DNA of 64,000 nucleotides from an uncultured Pseudomonadales bacterium (GCA_963925735.1 CAWUUH010000010.1:12856-76855), one strand, 5' to 3'; shown: positions 28,083-39,298, counted from the stretch's first letter. Notes: generated from the sequence alone by a model not told the origin. Translations and numbers: made by a program.

Positions 28083-29588
28083 ATGATTGCCTTGTACCCC
28101 GCCAGGATATCTAAGCTGATTTTAGCTTGGCTGCGACTGTATTTTTCACCACCTGCCGCCCTCTGGCTGGCACTCGCTCTGGCTGGCATACCCATCGCCC
28201 AAGCGACGCAAAACCAAAATCTACCCCAGTTTGGCGATACCACATCAGCCATTATGTCGCTGACTGAAGAACACGAATTGGGCCAAGAATTTCTGCGCTC
28301 GTTACGCGCTCAGGCGCCACAGGTCAAAGATCCTCTGATGCAGAGTTATCTGGAGCACCTCATTTACAGACTCGCCTCTAACAGTCGGCTCGAGGACCGC
28401 CGACTGGAACTGATAATCATTGATGATACAGCCCTGAACGCCTTTGCCGCACCGGGCGGCATTATTGGCGTGAATCTTGGCTTGTTCCTGGTGGGCGAGA
28501 GCGAAAATGAAATTTCATCAATTCTCGCTCACGAATTAGCCCACCTAAGCCAACGCCATTTCGCCCGCGGCCTCGAGGCGGGTCGTAGCGCTAACATCAA
28601 AAATTTGGCAGGTCTGTTAGCTGGCGTGGTCCTGCTAACAACCACCGGCGGTAGCGCTGGGATGGCAGCCATCAGTGCAGGTCAAGGCCTCGCCGTGAAC
28701 GAGCGCCTGCGCTACAGCCGTTCACGAGAGGCCGAAGCAGACAGGGTAGGGATTGATACGCTGGTTGACGCAGAGATGGACCCGCGCGCCATGGCTTATA
28801 TGTTCGAGCGGCTAGAGCGAGCCAATCGATTCAATACTACTCGCGTACCTGAATTCCTTCTGACCCACCCTGTGACCAAGGACCGTATCGCCGACTCTTA
28901 CAACCAGACCCGAGGCTACCCAGCGAAAGTTTGGCCGCAGAATCTGGATTTTCAGTTAATGAAAGTACGCACCATGGCGAAGGGCGACAAAACCAACACT
29001 GAACTCATCAAACGTTTTGAAGCCAGCGCAAAGAGCCCAGACCCGGTCATCAAAGCGGCCTACCAATACGGCCTGGTTCTGGTGTATATCGATGCGGGCA
29101 GGTTCGATGACGCGCAACGCCTACTCGACCCTTTGATGGCACAATACGAAGGCAAAATCGCATTCACGCTCGCGGCGGCATCCTTGAACATCAAGGCTCA
29201 ACGCTACACCCAAGCCCAGAATATCTTGCAGCAGGCGCTTCGCATCAACATTGGTAATTATCCACTGTCAATGCGTTATGCCGAAGTCCTGATGCACACT
29301 CAGCAGGCTGACAAGGCCGTCGCTGAACTCAGCAAACTCACGAAGGAACGCCCTAATGATATTAATGTCTGGTACCTGTTAGCTGAAGCCTACGGACTAG
29401 CCAACGATGTTATTGGCGTTCATGAGGCCCGCGCCGAGTACTTCGTCATGGTCGGCAACCTTGACCAGGCCGTCAAACAGCTGAGTTACGCGATTCCACT
29501 AGCGCGAGACAACTTCAGCCTAACTGCCAGACTTCGCCAGCGCATCAAAACCATTCATGAACTTCGCCGCGAGCAACGCTCCTCCTGA
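28083..29588 (+). CDS. bepA: Beta-barrel assembly-enhancing protease BepA (M48 peptidase with TPR domain)
   Basis: Signal peptide ending IAQA, the HELAHLSQRH zinc motif and a C-terminal TPR region. Start taken as ATG 28083. Confidence 0.85.
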   Translation: MIALYPARISKLILAWLRLYFSPPAALWLALALAGIPIAQATQNQNLPQFGDTTSAIMSLTEEHELGQEFLRSLRAQAPQVKDPLMQSYLEHLIYRLASNSRLEDRRLELIIIDDTALNAFAAPGGIIGVNLGLFLVGESENEISSILAHELAHLSQRHFARGLEAGRSANIKNLAGLLAGVVLLTTTGGSAGMAAISAGQGLAVNERLRYSRSREAEADRVGIDTLVDAEMDPRAMAYMFERLERANRFNTTRVPEFLLTHPVTKDRIADSYNQTRGYPAKVWPQNLDFQLMKVRTMAKGDKTNTELIKRFEASAKSPDPVIKAAYQYGLVLVYIDAGRFDDAQRLLDPLMAQYEGKIAFTLAAASLNIKAQRYTQAQNILQQALRINIGNYPLSMRYAEVLMHTQQADKAVAELSKLTKERPNDINVWYLLAEAYGLANDVIGVHEARAEYFVMVGNLDQAVKQLSYAIPLARDNFSLTARLRQRIKTIHELRREQRSS

Positions 29589-29627
29589 TTTGGCACACTC
29601 ACTTATCGCCCCACATCGAAGCTAAGC

Positions 29628-30677
29628 TTAGCGCTTAGCTCGCATACGATAATCATCAGAGTTTGCAAAAGACACCATCCGCTCTAGCGGCACAAGCGCT
29701 TGACGGGCAATATCAGCCTCAACTGTCACCTCATTGGTGCCCTCGGCCAGGCTCGCGTAAAGATTTTGTAATTCATTCATTCCCATCCAGGGGCAATGAG
29801 CACAGCTACGACAGGTCGCACTGGTACCCGCGGTAGGCGCTTCGATAAACGTTTTACCTGGCGCCATCTGCCGCATTTTATGAAAAATCCCTCGATCGGT
29901 AGCAACGATAAAATGCGTGTTCGGCAGATCTCGGGCCGCATTGATAAGTTGAGTGGTCGAACCGACAACATCCGCCAGGGCGACAACCCCTGCTGGCGAC
30001 TCCGGATGGACGAGCACGGCGGCCTCAGGGTAGACGTTCATCAAGTCTCGCAAACCTTTAGCCTTGAACTCCTCGTGGACAATACAGGCGCCGTCCCACA
30101 TCACCATGTCCGCGCCGGTCTCGTTCTGGATATAGCTACCCAGATACTTATCTGGCGCCCAGAGAATTTTCTCTCCTCGGTCCATTAAATGCTCTGCGAC
30201 CTCCAAGGCAATACTAGAGGTCACGACCCAATCTGCTCGAGCCTTGACCGCGGCTGATGTATTGGCATAAACCACAACAGTACGATCTGGGTGCTGGTCA
30301 CAAAATGCAGAAAACTGATCTATCGGGCAACCCAGGTCTAATGAACAGGTCGCTTCCAATGTCGGCATCAATACCCGCTTCTGTGGGCTGAGAATTTTCG
30401 CCGTTTCACCCATGAAGCGTACACCCGCCACCACCAGCGTAGTGGCCTCAGACTGACTGCCGAAACGTGCCATCTCGAGCGAGTCTGCGACGCAACCACC
30501 AGTCTCTTCTGCCAACTCCTGTATGACATCAGCCGTATAGTAGTGCGCAACCAAAACCGCATTTTGAGCTTCAAGCAACTCCTTGATCTTGATTTTGAAA
30601 TCCTGAACTTCGGCCGCCGTCATGCTCTGGTTCTGGTGCAGCGGTACATCAAACGCAATATTGGCCATGTTATTCAT
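29628..30677 (-). CDS. nadA: Quinolinate synthase A
   Basis: [20 protein letters not shown] and conserved cluster-Cys contexts. By eye it is collinear with E. coli NadA. Confidence 0.95.
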   Translation of the reverse strand: MNNMANIAFDVPLHQNQSMTAAEVQDFKIKIKELLEAQNAVLVAHYYTADVIQELAEETGGCVADSLEMARFGSQSEATTLVVAGVRFMGETAKILSPQKRVLMPTLEATCSLDLGCPIDQFSAFCDQHPDRTVVVYANTSAAVKARADWVVTSSIALEVAEHLMDRGEKILWAPDKYLGSYIQNETGADMVMWDGACIVHEEFKAKGLRDLMNVYPEAAVLVHPESPAGVVALADVVGSTTQLINAARDLPNTHFIVATDRGIFHKMRQMAPGKTFIEAPTAGTSATCRSCAHCPWMGMNELQNLYASLAEGTNEVTVEADIARQALVPLERMVSFANSDDYRMRAKR

Positions 30678-30779
30678 ACCTCAGGGAGATTCGATGGCCA
30701 ATTATACCTAATTCGCCAAAAGATAGATCAATATAGGCAGACCATTCGGTCTGCGAGTAAACTGGGGCACCCTTAAGAG

Positions 30780-31790
30780 ATGCACAAACCCATGCCAAGC
30801 ATTGCTTTTCTCATCGCCAAAACTGACTTTGTGGTCGACGATAACTACCAACGCTTCGCCAATGAAATGCGTGAGCAGAACTACGCTGTCTATATTGGCT
30901 TTATCGACTCTCTGGCCATGCAAAACTCCCAAGTGGTTGCCGATATGTTCTTGCTGGAGACCCCACTGACTAGCGGCACGCCCTTCCCTTTCATGACGAC
31001 CCTGCCACTGGAGAAGCTCGATACTATCTGGCTTTTATCTCTGGGTTTACGCAACAATTTTCTCGACAAATTCCAGCTGCTATATACCTTGGAGGGGCAA
31101 TGTCGAATCATCAACTCCCTGACGGCCATCATGCACTTCAAGAGCAAGTACTTGCTCGCCAGCCACCCAGAAGTTTTCCAACATCCCGAATTATTTGCTG
31201 CAACTGATCCACAGGCACTCTACCGCCATATGCTTGAGCGAGAGCAAGTCGATCCCGGTCAACGCTGGATTGTCAAACCACCGGCCGGCAGCTTGGGCCG
31301 CAGTGTATTTCTACTCAGCGTTAAAGACCCCAATGCCCAGGTGATTCTCGAGACGCTGACAGGGGTTGACGCTGATCAATACTGCCTGATGCAACCCTAC
31401 GTCAAGGAGATCGAAACGGGTGAGAAGCGGGTGCTGATTGCTGGCGGCGAGCCGGTCGGCCAATATTTGCGCCTAGCGGCAAAAGACCATCGCACTAATC
31501 GCATGCAAGGCGCAGCGCTCAGCGCCTGTGAACTGACCAATACGGAACGGGCTTACTGTCGAAAAATCGGCACATTTCTTGTTGAGCAAGGCATTGAGTT
31601 TGCCGGGTTAGACCTGGCTTACCCTTGGGTCATAGAGTTTAATGTCATCAACCCAGGCGGGTTACTCACCATCGAGCAACTCACTGGCAGCAATCATTGC
31701 CAACGGATAATCGAGCAGATTTTCACTCCTCGCGCCCACCGACCCGCTGACAGCATCAATCCTCTAACAAATAACCCAACTGACGCTTGA
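30780..31790 (+). CDS. Glutathione-synthetase-like ATP-grasp ligase (divergent GshB paralogue)
   Basis: The C-terminal half is collinear with GshB (IVKP..GS.G..VF, YC.MQ.Y...I..GEKRVL..GGEPVG, GLD....EFNV.NPGG). The N-terminal substrate domain is divergent. Confidence 0.7.
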   Translation: MHKPMPSIAFLIAKTDFVVDDNYQRFANEMREQNYAVYIGFIDSLAMQNSQVVADMFLLETPLTSGTPFPFMTTLPLEKLDTIWLLSLGLRNNFLDKFQLLYTLEGQCRIINSLTAIMHFKSKYLLASHPEVFQHPELFAATDPQALYRHMLEREQVDPGQRWIVKPPAGSLGRSVFLLSVKDPNAQVILETLTGVDADQYCLMQPYVKEIETGEKRVLIAGGEPVGQYLRLAAKDHRTNRMQGAALSACELTNTERAYCRKIGTFLVEQGIEFAGLDLAYPWVIEFNVINPGGLLTIEQLTGSNHCQRIIEQIFTPRAHRPADSINPLTNNPTDA

Positions 31791-31829
31791 GTTTTAAACC
31801 CAAACCGTTATGATACCCGCTCTTCTTTT

Positions 31830-31905
31830 GGGCCGATAGCTCAGTTGGTAGAGCAGCTGGCTTTTAACTAGTAGGTCCCGCGTTCGAGTCGCGGTCGGCC
31901 CACCA
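31830..31905 (+). tRNA. tRNA-Lys (anticodon UUU), CCA encoded
   Basis: Hand-folded cloverleaf: acceptor GGGCCGA/TCGGCCC, D arm GCTC/GAGC, anticodon loop CTTTTAA and T arm CCGCG-TTCGAGT-CGCGG. It is close to E. coli tRNA-Lys. Confidence 0.95.
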
Positions 31906-32214
31906 TTTTCAAGATGTACAGGTGGTTACCCCTAAGAAGTTTCCCCCATAGATGAAGATTCCACCCCACCCAAATTATCGGGATATCGCGGGTGGAGTTA
32001 GACTCAAGCTGCCCATGAAGTTATACAATGGCTATCGCCATCAGGCACAAGTACGATCCGACCCGATTCCATAACAGCTTGGCGCTCACTCGATCAGTGC
32101 CGCCGATGCCTGAAAAAAAACCCTGCGACAACTTCCCTAGCAGCAAATCTCGCGGTGGCTATTCGTGAGCACAGATCTCCAAAAGACTAACGTTCATCTT
32201 TCACAGGCCGTCAA

Positions 32215-34245
32215 ATGAATCCTTTGCTAAGTCCTTGGACAAGTCTCCATGGATTACCCCCTTTTCAAGACATCAAGCTCGCACATTACCTACCCGCTTT
32301 CATTGAGGCTTTTCGGCAACAACAAACCGAAATTCATGCCATTGAGACCAATTCTGAACCCCCGAACTTTGCCAACACAATAGAAGCCCTGGACATTTCA
32401 GGGCACCTATTAAGGCGAGTGTCGAGTGTCTTTTTCATGCTCACTTCCGCTCATTCGAGCGAAGCAATGCGCGCAATTCAGTCCGAGATAACGCCGCTCA
32501 ATGCTGCCCACGAAAGCGAAATTTACACTCGAACAACGCTATTTAAGCGAGTCGATAGGGTCGCTAATCTGTCCCGCGTCAACCTTGACGAAGAGCAGCA
32601 ACAGCTTCTCACCGAGACCCACAAACGATTTATCCGCGCGGGCGCTAAACTCAACAAAGCAGACAAAGCAGAGATTCTAAATATCGATGCGCAACTTGCG
32701 ACACAGCAGACGCGCTTTGGTCAAAATGTACTCAACAGCAGTAATCAATTCGAACTGTTGCTTGAGAATGAAACAGAACTGCAGGGATTACCCCTATCAA
32801 TTCGCAGTAATGCTAAGCGCGAAGCCGATGCTCGCGGGCACAAAGACAAATACCTATTCACGTTATCAAGATCCTCTGTAACACCATTTTTACAATTTTC
32901 CGCTCGCCGCGAACTTCGTGAAGTTATGTGGCGTGCCTACACGAATTGCGCCAACAATGATGACGCGCTGGACAATAAAGCCGTCATTGCCAATATTGTT
33001 GGGCTTCGTGCGCAACGAGCGCAACTGCTAGGCTTCGCGAGTCATGCCGACTACATTCTCGACGCTAACATGGCGCAATCACCGACGAAGGTTCGAGCAC
33101 TCTTGGATCAAATTTGGCAACCGGCCAAAGAGCGAGCGAAACAGGAAGTCGCCGATTTACAGACGCGAATTCAACGTGACGGCAAGAACGATGACCTCGC
33201 CCCCTGGGACTGGTGGTATTTTACAGAAAAAATTCGAGCCGAACGCTTTGACCTGGACAGCGAAGCATTAAAGCCTTACTTCCAAATCGACAAGGTTCGC
33301 CAGGGGGCCTTCGAGGTCGCACGTCAACTTTTCGGCCTACAGTTTACAGCCCTCGATCCGCTCGAGAGGCCCGCACTTTATCACGAGGATGTTGAAGCCT
33401 TCGAGGTACGAGAGGCAGATGGTCGTTTCATCGGGCTATTCTTAACCGATTATTATATGCGTCCCTCAAAACGCGGCGGCGCCTGGATGAACTCACTGCA
33501 AAAGCAGTCCAGCTGCGACGGAGAGGTGTATCCGATTGTTTGCAATACCTGTAACTTCGCAAAAGGTGCCCCGTCTTTACTTGGGCTCGACGAAGTCAGA
33601 ACCCTGTTTCATGAGTTCGGCCATGCACTCCACGGCCTGCTATCCAAGGTCAAATACCAGAGCCTCAGTGGTACTGCTGTAAAGCGTGATTTTGTCGAAC
33701 TGCCCTCTCAGATCATGGAGCACTGGGCAACCGAAGCTAAGGTCTTAAAGCACTTTGCGCGCCACTATGAGACAGAAGAGATAATCCCTGACGAATTAAT
33801 TGCTAAAATTCAAGAGAGCAGCACCTTCAACCAGGGCTTCGCCACCACCGAGTACCTCGCCGCCTCGTACCTTGACCTTGCGTGGCACGGACCGACGCTC
33901 ACTCAAACGACTGCCGAAACAGTCACTGCCGCGGAGCAAGCGGCAATGGAGGATCTGGGGCTGATACCTGAAGTAGCCCCACGGTATCGCTCCACCTATT
34001 TCCAACATATCTTTTCCGGCGGCTACTCGGCAGGCTACTATGCCTATATCTGGGCCGAAGTCCTGGATGCCGATGCCTACGAAGCATTCAAGGTGAATGG
34101 CATATTTGACGCACGAACAGCCCAGGCGTTCCGAACACACATATTGGAAAAAGGCGGTAGCGTGGAGCCAATGGTGTTATATCAGCGCTTTAGAGGCAAA
34201 GAACCGACGGTCACTGCGTTGCTACAGGGTCGTGGCTTAACCTAG
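32215..34245 (+). CDS. dcp: Peptidyl-dipeptidase Dcp (M3 family zinc metallopeptidase)
   Basis: HEFGHALHG zinc motif. By eye it is collinear with E. coli Dcp over its length (PWDWW.., GGAWM, YFQHIFSGGYSAGYYAY). Confidence 0.9.
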   Translation: MNPLLSPWTSLHGLPPFQDIKLAHYLPAFIEAFRQQQTEIHAIETNSEPPNFANTIEALDISGHLLRRVSSVFFMLTSAHSSEAMRAIQSEITPLNAAHESEIYTRTTLFKRVDRVANLSRVNLDEEQQQLLTETHKRFIRAGAKLNKADKAEILNIDAQLATQQTRFGQNVLNSSNQFELLLENETELQGLPLSIRSNAKREADARGHKDKYLFTLSRSSVTPFLQFSARRELREVMWRAYTNCANNDDALDNKAVIANIVGLRAQRAQLLGFASHADYILDANMAQSPTKVRALLDQIWQPAKERAKQEVADLQTRIQRDGKNDDLAPWDWWYFTEKIRAERFDLDSEALKPYFQIDKVRQGAFEVARQLFGLQFTALDPLERPALYHEDVEAFEVREADGRFIGLFLTDYYMRPSKRGGAWMNSLQKQSSCDGEVYPIVCNTCNFAKGAPSLLGLDEVRTLFHEFGHALHGLLSKVKYQSLSGTAVKRDFVELPSQIMEHWATEAKVLKHFARHYETEEIIPDELIAKIQESSTFNQGFATTEYLAASYLDLAWHGPTLTQTTAETVTAAEQAAMEDLGLIPEVAPRYRSTYFQHIFSGGYSAGYYAYIWAEVLDADAYEAFKVNGIFDARTAQAFRTHILEKGGSVEPMVLYQRFRGKEPTVTALLQGRGLT

Positions 34246-34261
34246 TCGGCCGAACAGCAAT

Positions 34262-34969
34262 CTAGCCTCGGGGAATATAACGGGTAGGATCAGGCACACC
34301 AGCCGCGTCAAAGCCAGCTCGGCGAATTCGACAGCTATCGCACTCGCCACAGGCTCCACCGAATTCATCCAGCTGATAGCAGGAGACGGTTTGACTATAA
34401 TCAACGCCAAGAGCCAGGCCGGTCGTGATAATCGCCTCCTTACTTAAGGCAATCAACGGCGTGTGAATGTGCAAACGGCCTCCTTCAACGCCGATACGGG
34501 TCGCCAGGTTTGCCATGGTTTCAAAGGCTTGAATAAATTCAGGTCGGCAGTCAGGATATCCGGAATAATCAACGGCATTGACGCCGATGAAAATATCCAG
34601 AGCTTCCAGTACCTCAGCATAAGCTAGGGCATACGCCAGAAATACCGTATTACGGGCCGGCACATAGGTCACTGGAATGTCTGTCGAATTAGCCGTTTCG
34701 GCAACGATGGGTACCGCTATATTAGGGTCTGTCAGCGCAGAACCGCCAAATCCAGCGATATCCACCGACACGACCTTGTGATGCGCCGCACATCGTGCGG
34801 CAATCTGGCTGGCAAATTGAATCTCAGTCAAATGACGCTGACCGTAGTCAAAGCTCAGACAATAACATTCAAAGCCGTCAGCCTGAGCCATTGCCAAGGT
34901 TGTCGCCGAGTCCAACCCCCCAGACAGCAATACGACCGCTTTTGGCCGAGTGACAGACGCATCAGACAC
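34262..34969 (-). CDS. queC: 7-cyano-7-deazaguanine synthase
   Basis: SGGLDS PP-loop and the C-terminal zinc motif CGECDSC. GTG 34969 overlaps the queE stop by 8 nt; the rest of the track ORF is an upstream extension. Confidence 0.9.
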   Translation of the reverse strand: MSDASVTRPKAVVLLSGGLDSATTLAMAQADGFECYCLSFDYGQRHLTEIQFASQIAARCAAHHKVVSVDIAGFGGSALTDPNIAVPIVAETANSTDIPVTYVPARNTVFLAYALAYAEVLEALDIFIGVNAVDYSGYPDCRPEFIQAFETMANLATRIGVEGGRLHIHTPLIALSKEAIITTGLALGVDYSQTVSCYQLDEFGGACGECDSCRIRRAGFDAAGVPDPTRYIPRG

Positions 34970-35600
34970 CGGGCTTATCTCCCCAGAGTATCTTGTGTAA
35001 TTGCATCTGAAATCTGACTGGCAGTTGTTCAGCAAGAATCCATTCTGCCAGCTCGGTAGCATCCTGCTGACCGACGCTTGGCGAAAACAACACATCACCT
35101 ACACGCTCCAACAAACCATACTCGCGGACTTTAAAACTGGCCCAGCTGAAGTCCTGACGATCGCAGATCACAAACTTCACCTGATCTTTGTTTGCTAGCA
35201 AGGCTAAATTGGCGTACAAATTGCGACTCACCTCGGCAGAGCCAGGGGTCTTCAAATCCAGCACTATTGAAACCCTCGGATCGACACCAGCAATATCAAG
35301 TGCGCCACTGGTTTCCAGAGACACCTGATAACCTGCATCGCACAGGCTCACCAACAACGGTAAACAGGCTGGCTGAGCCAACGGCTCACCCCCGGTCACG
35401 GTCACGTAACGAGCGCCGTAGCCCGCCACCTGCTCAAGCACCTGTTCCATCGACGTCATGGTTCCGCCGCTGAACGCATAGGCTGTGTCGCAGTACTGGC
35501 AGCGTAACGGACAACCCGTCAAACGTACGAATACTGTCGGCAGGCCGCTGGTTCTTGCTTCACCCTGGAGCGAGTAGAATATCTCTGTAATTCTTAGCAT
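34962..35600 (-). CDS. queE: 7-carboxy-7-deazaguanine synthase (radical SAM)
   Basis: [10 protein letters not shown] start, the [10 protein letters not shown] cluster motif and TGGEP. Confidence 0.9.
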   Translation of the reverse strand: MLRITEIFYSLQGEARTSGLPTVFVRLTGCPLRCQYCDTAYAFSGGTMTSMEQVLEQVAGYGARYVTVTGGEPLAQPACLPLLVSLCDAGYQVSLETSGALDIAGVDPRVSIVLDLKTPGSAEVSRNLYANLALLANKDQVKFVICDRQDFSWASFKVREYGLLERVGDVLFSPSVGQQDATELAEWILAEQLPVRFQMQLHKILWGDKPGV

Positions 35601-35672
35601 AGCGTGTTGAGTTTAGGTCTATCTATTGGGATCTAGCAGCAGCGCAAAAGCCCGCCGAGAGGGTGAGAGGAA

Positions 35673-36515
35673 TTACGATTGGCAGTTAATCATTCCATCG
35701 CGTAAATAACCGGCTGCCAGCTTGGCAACAGACTTGCCTTGATATTGCTCGACAACCTTGTTCAGCAGCTCTTTCGCTTTGTCACAATCACCTATGAGGT
35801 GATGTACTTTACCCAACTTAAACGCTGCGTCAGGTACTTTACGGTGATCCGGAAAAAAAGTGATGACATGAACAAACGCCTGACGTGCATTCTCATACTT
35901 GGGGATGGGCATCGCGGCATAAACTTCACCCAACCAATAGTAGGCGTTGGGCGCGTAATCGCCATTCGGGAAACCCTCGATCACCGCCTGAAGTTGCGTG
36001 ACGGCCAGATCGTACTGTCGATTTCGAATCAGCTCCAGCGCAGTGTCATACAAAGATTTTTCACCCTGAACCACATTCACAGGCAGCGCCACAACAGCTT
36101 CTTCGTCGGACTTGATAACTGCCTCCGCGCTTCCAGGGGCAACAGAACCCGAAGCCAATCCCGCACGCAAACTCTGGAACCGGCTATCCAGCTCCAGGTA
36201 ACGATCATCCTGAATTTTCTTCATTCTTTTGAGCTGATACTGCAGGTCTTCAACCAAGCCGCGCAAGGCCTGCACTTCTTGTTCCACCAGCTGCGACTGA
36301 TATTCTGCGTCTATACCTGCTCCGATAACCGCCGCGGGGCTAACATCTTCAATCGGCGCTTGGAACGGTAACTGTTGAATGACTGGCCCGTTTCGGCTTT
36401 CAACCATAATGGCATCATTAGTAGCCGCAAACAAAAATGGCGTACTGGTCAGCATCAGCAGACCAAGCACACCATTTTTTAACTGGCAGACAATACGCAT
36501 AGGAATAGCCCGCAA
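35673..36515 (-). CDS. cpoB: Tol-Pal system protein CpoB (YbgF)
   Basis: Signal peptide, coiled-coil N-domain and C-terminal TPR repeats. It lies directly after pal. Confidence 0.85.
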   Translation of the reverse strand: MRAIPMRIVCQLKNGVLGLLMLTSTPFLFAATNDAIMVESRNGPVIQQLPFQAPIEDVSPAAVIGAGIDAEYQSQLVEQEVQALRGLVEDLQYQLKRMKKIQDDRYLELDSRFQSLRAGLASGSVAPGSAEAVIKSDEEAVVALPVNVVQGEKSLYDTALELIRNRQYDLAVTQLQAVIEGFPNGDYAPNAYYWLGEVYAAMPIPKYENARQAFVHVITFFPDHRKVPDAAFKLGKVHHLIGDCDKAKELLNKVVEQYQGKSVAKLAAGYLRDGMINCQS

Positions 36516-36522
36516 TTTTATC

Positions 36523-37083
36523 TTATCGGTAAACGACTTCGACTCGACGATTCATCGCCCATGCCGCTTCATTATGGCCGCCATCTACTGGTTTCTCTTC
36601 ACCGTAGCTAATCACTTCGATCTGCGAGCGAGGCGCACCTTCAGCAACTAAGTATGCGCGCACGGCATTCGCTCGACGCTCACCCAGAGCAAGATTGTAC
36701 TCACGGGTACCTCGCTCATCGCCATGACCTTCAAGACGCATTCGCAATGCAGCATCTTCTTTCAATGCCATCGCATGCTTGCTTAGTTCCATGTGACCGG
36801 CGCGTTTAACAATAGTCTGGTCAAAATCAAAGTAGAACAGGCCCTGCAACTCTTCCATGCCATCCATTCCACCCATGCCATCAGCAGCGGGCAGGGAAAT
36901 TTTGCCATTATTAACGACCGGTCGCTTAACCTCTACGACCACTGGCGCTTCAACAACGGGCGCAACCACGACCGGTGCAGCCTCTACCATTGACTCTTCG
37001 ACTTCTGTTTTCGACGCGCAGCCAGCCAAAACAAAAGCCGCAAAACTGATCGCCATGACACCACGTGTTGTTATTCTAAGCAT
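36523..37083 (-). CDS. pal: Peptidoglycan-associated lipoprotein Pal
   Basis: Lipobox LAGC and an OmpA-like C-domain (EGHGDERGTREYNLALGERRA). Confidence 0.95.
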   Translation of the reverse strand: MLRITTRGVMAISFAAFVLAGCASKTEVEESMVEAAPVVVAPVVEAPVVVEVKRPVVNNGKISLPAADGMGGMDGMEELQGLFYFDFDQTIVKRAGHMELSKHAMALKEDAALRMRLEGHGDERGTREYNLALGERRANAVRAYLVAEGAPRSQIEVISYGEEKPVDGGHNEAAWAMNRRVEVVYR

Positions 37084-37181
37084 AATTAGCTCCTGAAAAT
37101 CGCTGATAGCAGATTAAAGCACAATTTGGAATCGAAAGGTGCACGACCACGTCACACTTCGAATCTTATATTCTAACAGGT

Positions 37182-38501
37182 CTACTCCAAAATTGGTTTA
37201 AACATTCGCCGTTTTTGCGGCGACCAGGCGGGCTCTCGCACATCACCTTCACTGGATGGCAGGTTGAATTTCACCCCACCATCAACAGAGACAGCGGCCA
37301 AAATCCCCTCCCCTTCAAATTGGGTCGCGTAAATCAGCATACTACCGTTAGGTGCAATGCTTGGCGACTCATCCAGCTTGGTCTCAGTTAACACCGTCAC
37401 TCGGCCGCGAACCAGATCCAGCATCGCAATGTGGAACACCCCATCCCGACGATGCACCATGATAATACCACTTCCATCAGGCAAAACACTGGCCTTGGCG
37501 TTGTAATCACCCTCAAAGGTCAGTCGCTCAATCGACAGATCGTCCAGCTGGATCTGATAGATCTGCGGTTGACCGCCTCGATTAGAGGTGAAGATGACGG
37601 CCTTACCATCAGGACTCCAAGATGGTTCGGTATCTATACCATAGTGCCTGGTGACCCGGCGCAGCCGACGGTCTGCAATATTCAGGACGTAGATATCGGG
37701 ATTGCCATCTTTAGACAAAACCACCGCTAGCTGCTTGCCATCAGGCGAAAATGCCGGCGCACCATTCAGCCCAGGGAAATTCGTTAATTGCTGTCGAGTG
37801 CCATTGACCACATCTCGCAAAAATATTGCCGGTCGACTGTCCACTTCGAAGGATACATAGGCGATATAACGGCCATCTCGCGACCAGCTCGCCGACAGAA
37901 TCGGCTCTTTGGATTCCAGCATCGTCTCGACCCGATGGCCATCGGCATCGGCAATGTTTAGCCGATAAAGGCGGTCAGTGAGCGGACCCAAGGCCGTCAC
38001 ATACATGATTTGGGTCGAAAATGCTCCATCGATACCGGTGAGAATCTTAAACACGCTGTCGCTGGCATAGTGTGCCATATCGCGCATTTCATTGGCGTCG
38101 CCTTCGATGGTCTGACGAAGTTCCACCGATTGCTTGAAGACATTATATAAGGTGTAGGTCAGACGGTAACGATCACCCACTGGCGACACATGCCCGATCA
38201 CCAAATACTCAACGTTCAGCAATCGCCAATCGCGATTGAAAATTTCGGCAGGTTCATGGGGTAAACTCAGCATCTGATTGGCAGGTAAACTTTCAAACCG
38301 GCCGCTGAGCACTAAGTCAGCATCGATAATGTCGCTGATATTTTCCGGCAGCCCACCAATGCCCCGCCAATCAAACGGGACGACAGCCAGCCTCACCGCA
38401 TTATCAACACCTTGAGTCACTTCAATCCGCAAATCTGCGAACACAGACTTGACAGGGATACAAACCACTAGCAGGGCGATCAGGTAAGCTCTCAGTTTCA
38501 T
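37182..38501 (-). CDS. tolB: Tol-Pal system beta-propeller protein TolB
   Basis: Signal peptide, a TolB N-domain and repeated P.FSPDG/P.WSPDG propeller blades. Confidence 0.95.
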   Translation of the reverse strand: MKLRAYLIALLVVCIPVKSVFADLRIEVTQGVDNAVRLAVVPFDWRGIGGLPENISDIIDADLVLSGRFESLPANQMLSLPHEPAEIFNRDWRLLNVEYLVIGHVSPVGDRYRLTYTLYNVFKQSVELRQTIEGDANEMRDMAHYASDSVFKILTGIDGAFSTQIMYVTALGPLTDRLYRLNIADADGHRVETMLESKEPILSASWSRDGRYIAYVSFEVDSRPAIFLRDVVNGTRQQLTNFPGLNGAPAFSPDGKQLAVVLSKDGNPDIYVLNIADRRLRRVTRHYGIDTEPSWSPDGKAVIFTSNRGGQPQIYQIQLDDLSIERLTFEGDYNAKASVLPDGSGIIMVHRRDGVFHIAMLDLVRGRVTVLTETKLDESPSIAPNGSMLIYATQFEGEGILAAVSVDGGVKFNLPSSEGDVREPAWSPQKRRMFKPILE

Positions 38502-38511
38502 TGAATTCCTA

Positions 38512-39294
38512 TTACAGTCTTAGATCTTCAGGCCTGAACACGACCTCAAATTCGCGAAAATTACGTTCAAATTGTGCCGAATCCGCGGGCACGATAAAGC
38601 GTTCGGCTTTACGAACCGCCAGCATCGCTGAACGATCAAAAGCATCGTTTCCACTCGATGTTTTCAGCGTCACGTCAACCACTTCGCCCGTAGGCACTAA
38701 AAACACTTTTAACAAGGCTTGCATGCCATTTCGCGCACTGGGCGGCCGCGACCAGTGCTGAATAATTTCACGCTGGATCTGCGATACGTAGGCCATGGCC
38801 TTTTCATCATCAGTGACCGCTAATCGATCGTCCTGCTCCTCACCGATCGCCCGAGCCAGATCTCGCTCCGTCGCCACTTTAGCCTGCTTGGCCTCCAACG
38901 CCTGTTTGGTCTCCAACGCCTGCTGCTCTTCAGCCTGCTGCGCAGCAGCGCGCAAGGCCTCCAAACGCGAATACTCTGCGGCCTGACTCGCCTTAGTTGC
39001 AAGATCAGCCTTCGCCTTGGCATCACGATCTAATTGCGCTCGACGAGCCGAGTCGCGTTGTTTGCTCAATTGGGCCTTTGCTTGACGGCGTTGCAGCGCA
39101 GCAGCAGCCAGCTTTTGTTGTTTGATCTTATGTGGGTTTTCAGCGACCAACGCCGCTTTAATATAATAGTGCTCAACTGCCACAGACGGTATTGGCGCTG
39201 CCTGATCCCAGTTGACTAACAACAGGGTGAGCACACCTGCGTGTACTGCCAAGGCTAATAACGCCGGGAAGATATAGACTCTGATCAGACTCAT
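38512..39294 (-). CDS. tolA: Cell envelope integrity protein TolA
   Basis: N-terminal TM segment, an Ala/Lys/Glu/Gln-rich helical linker and a C-terminal TolA domain. It sits between tolR and tolB. Confidence 0.9.
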   Translation of the reverse strand: MSLIRVYIFPALLALAVHAGVLTLLLVNWDQAAPIPSVAVEHYYIKAALVAENPHKIKQQKLAAAALQRRQAKAQLSKQRDSARRAQLDRDAKAKADLATKASQAAEYSRLEALRAAAQQAEEQQALETKQALEAKQAKVATERDLARAIGEEQDDRLAVTDDEKAMAYVSQIQREIIQHWSRPPSARNGMQALLKVFLVPTGEVVDVTLKTSSGNDAFDRSAMLAVRKAERFIVPADSAQFERNFREFEVVFRPEDLRL

Positions 39295-39298
39295 GATG

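Noticed and set aside
29620-29631. Palindrome GCTAAGCTTAGC between bepA and nadA as a bidirectional terminator
   Set aside because: The stem is too short for a stable hairpin with a loop, there are no flanking T-tracts, and it overlaps the nadA stop codon.
31906-32214. Possible genomic-island or integrase attachment site downstream of tRNA-Lys
   Set aside because: No integrase, no direct repeat of the tRNA 3' end and no foreign-looking genes are present. The next gene is the housekeeping dcp. The 40-codon ORF at 31952-32074 has no SD or recognisable motif.
35601-35672. preQ1 riboswitch upstream of queE
   Set aside because: The 72-nt leader shows no convincing preQ1-I/II consensus (no P1 stem followed by an A-rich tail) by eye. 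This would need a covariance-model scan to settle.
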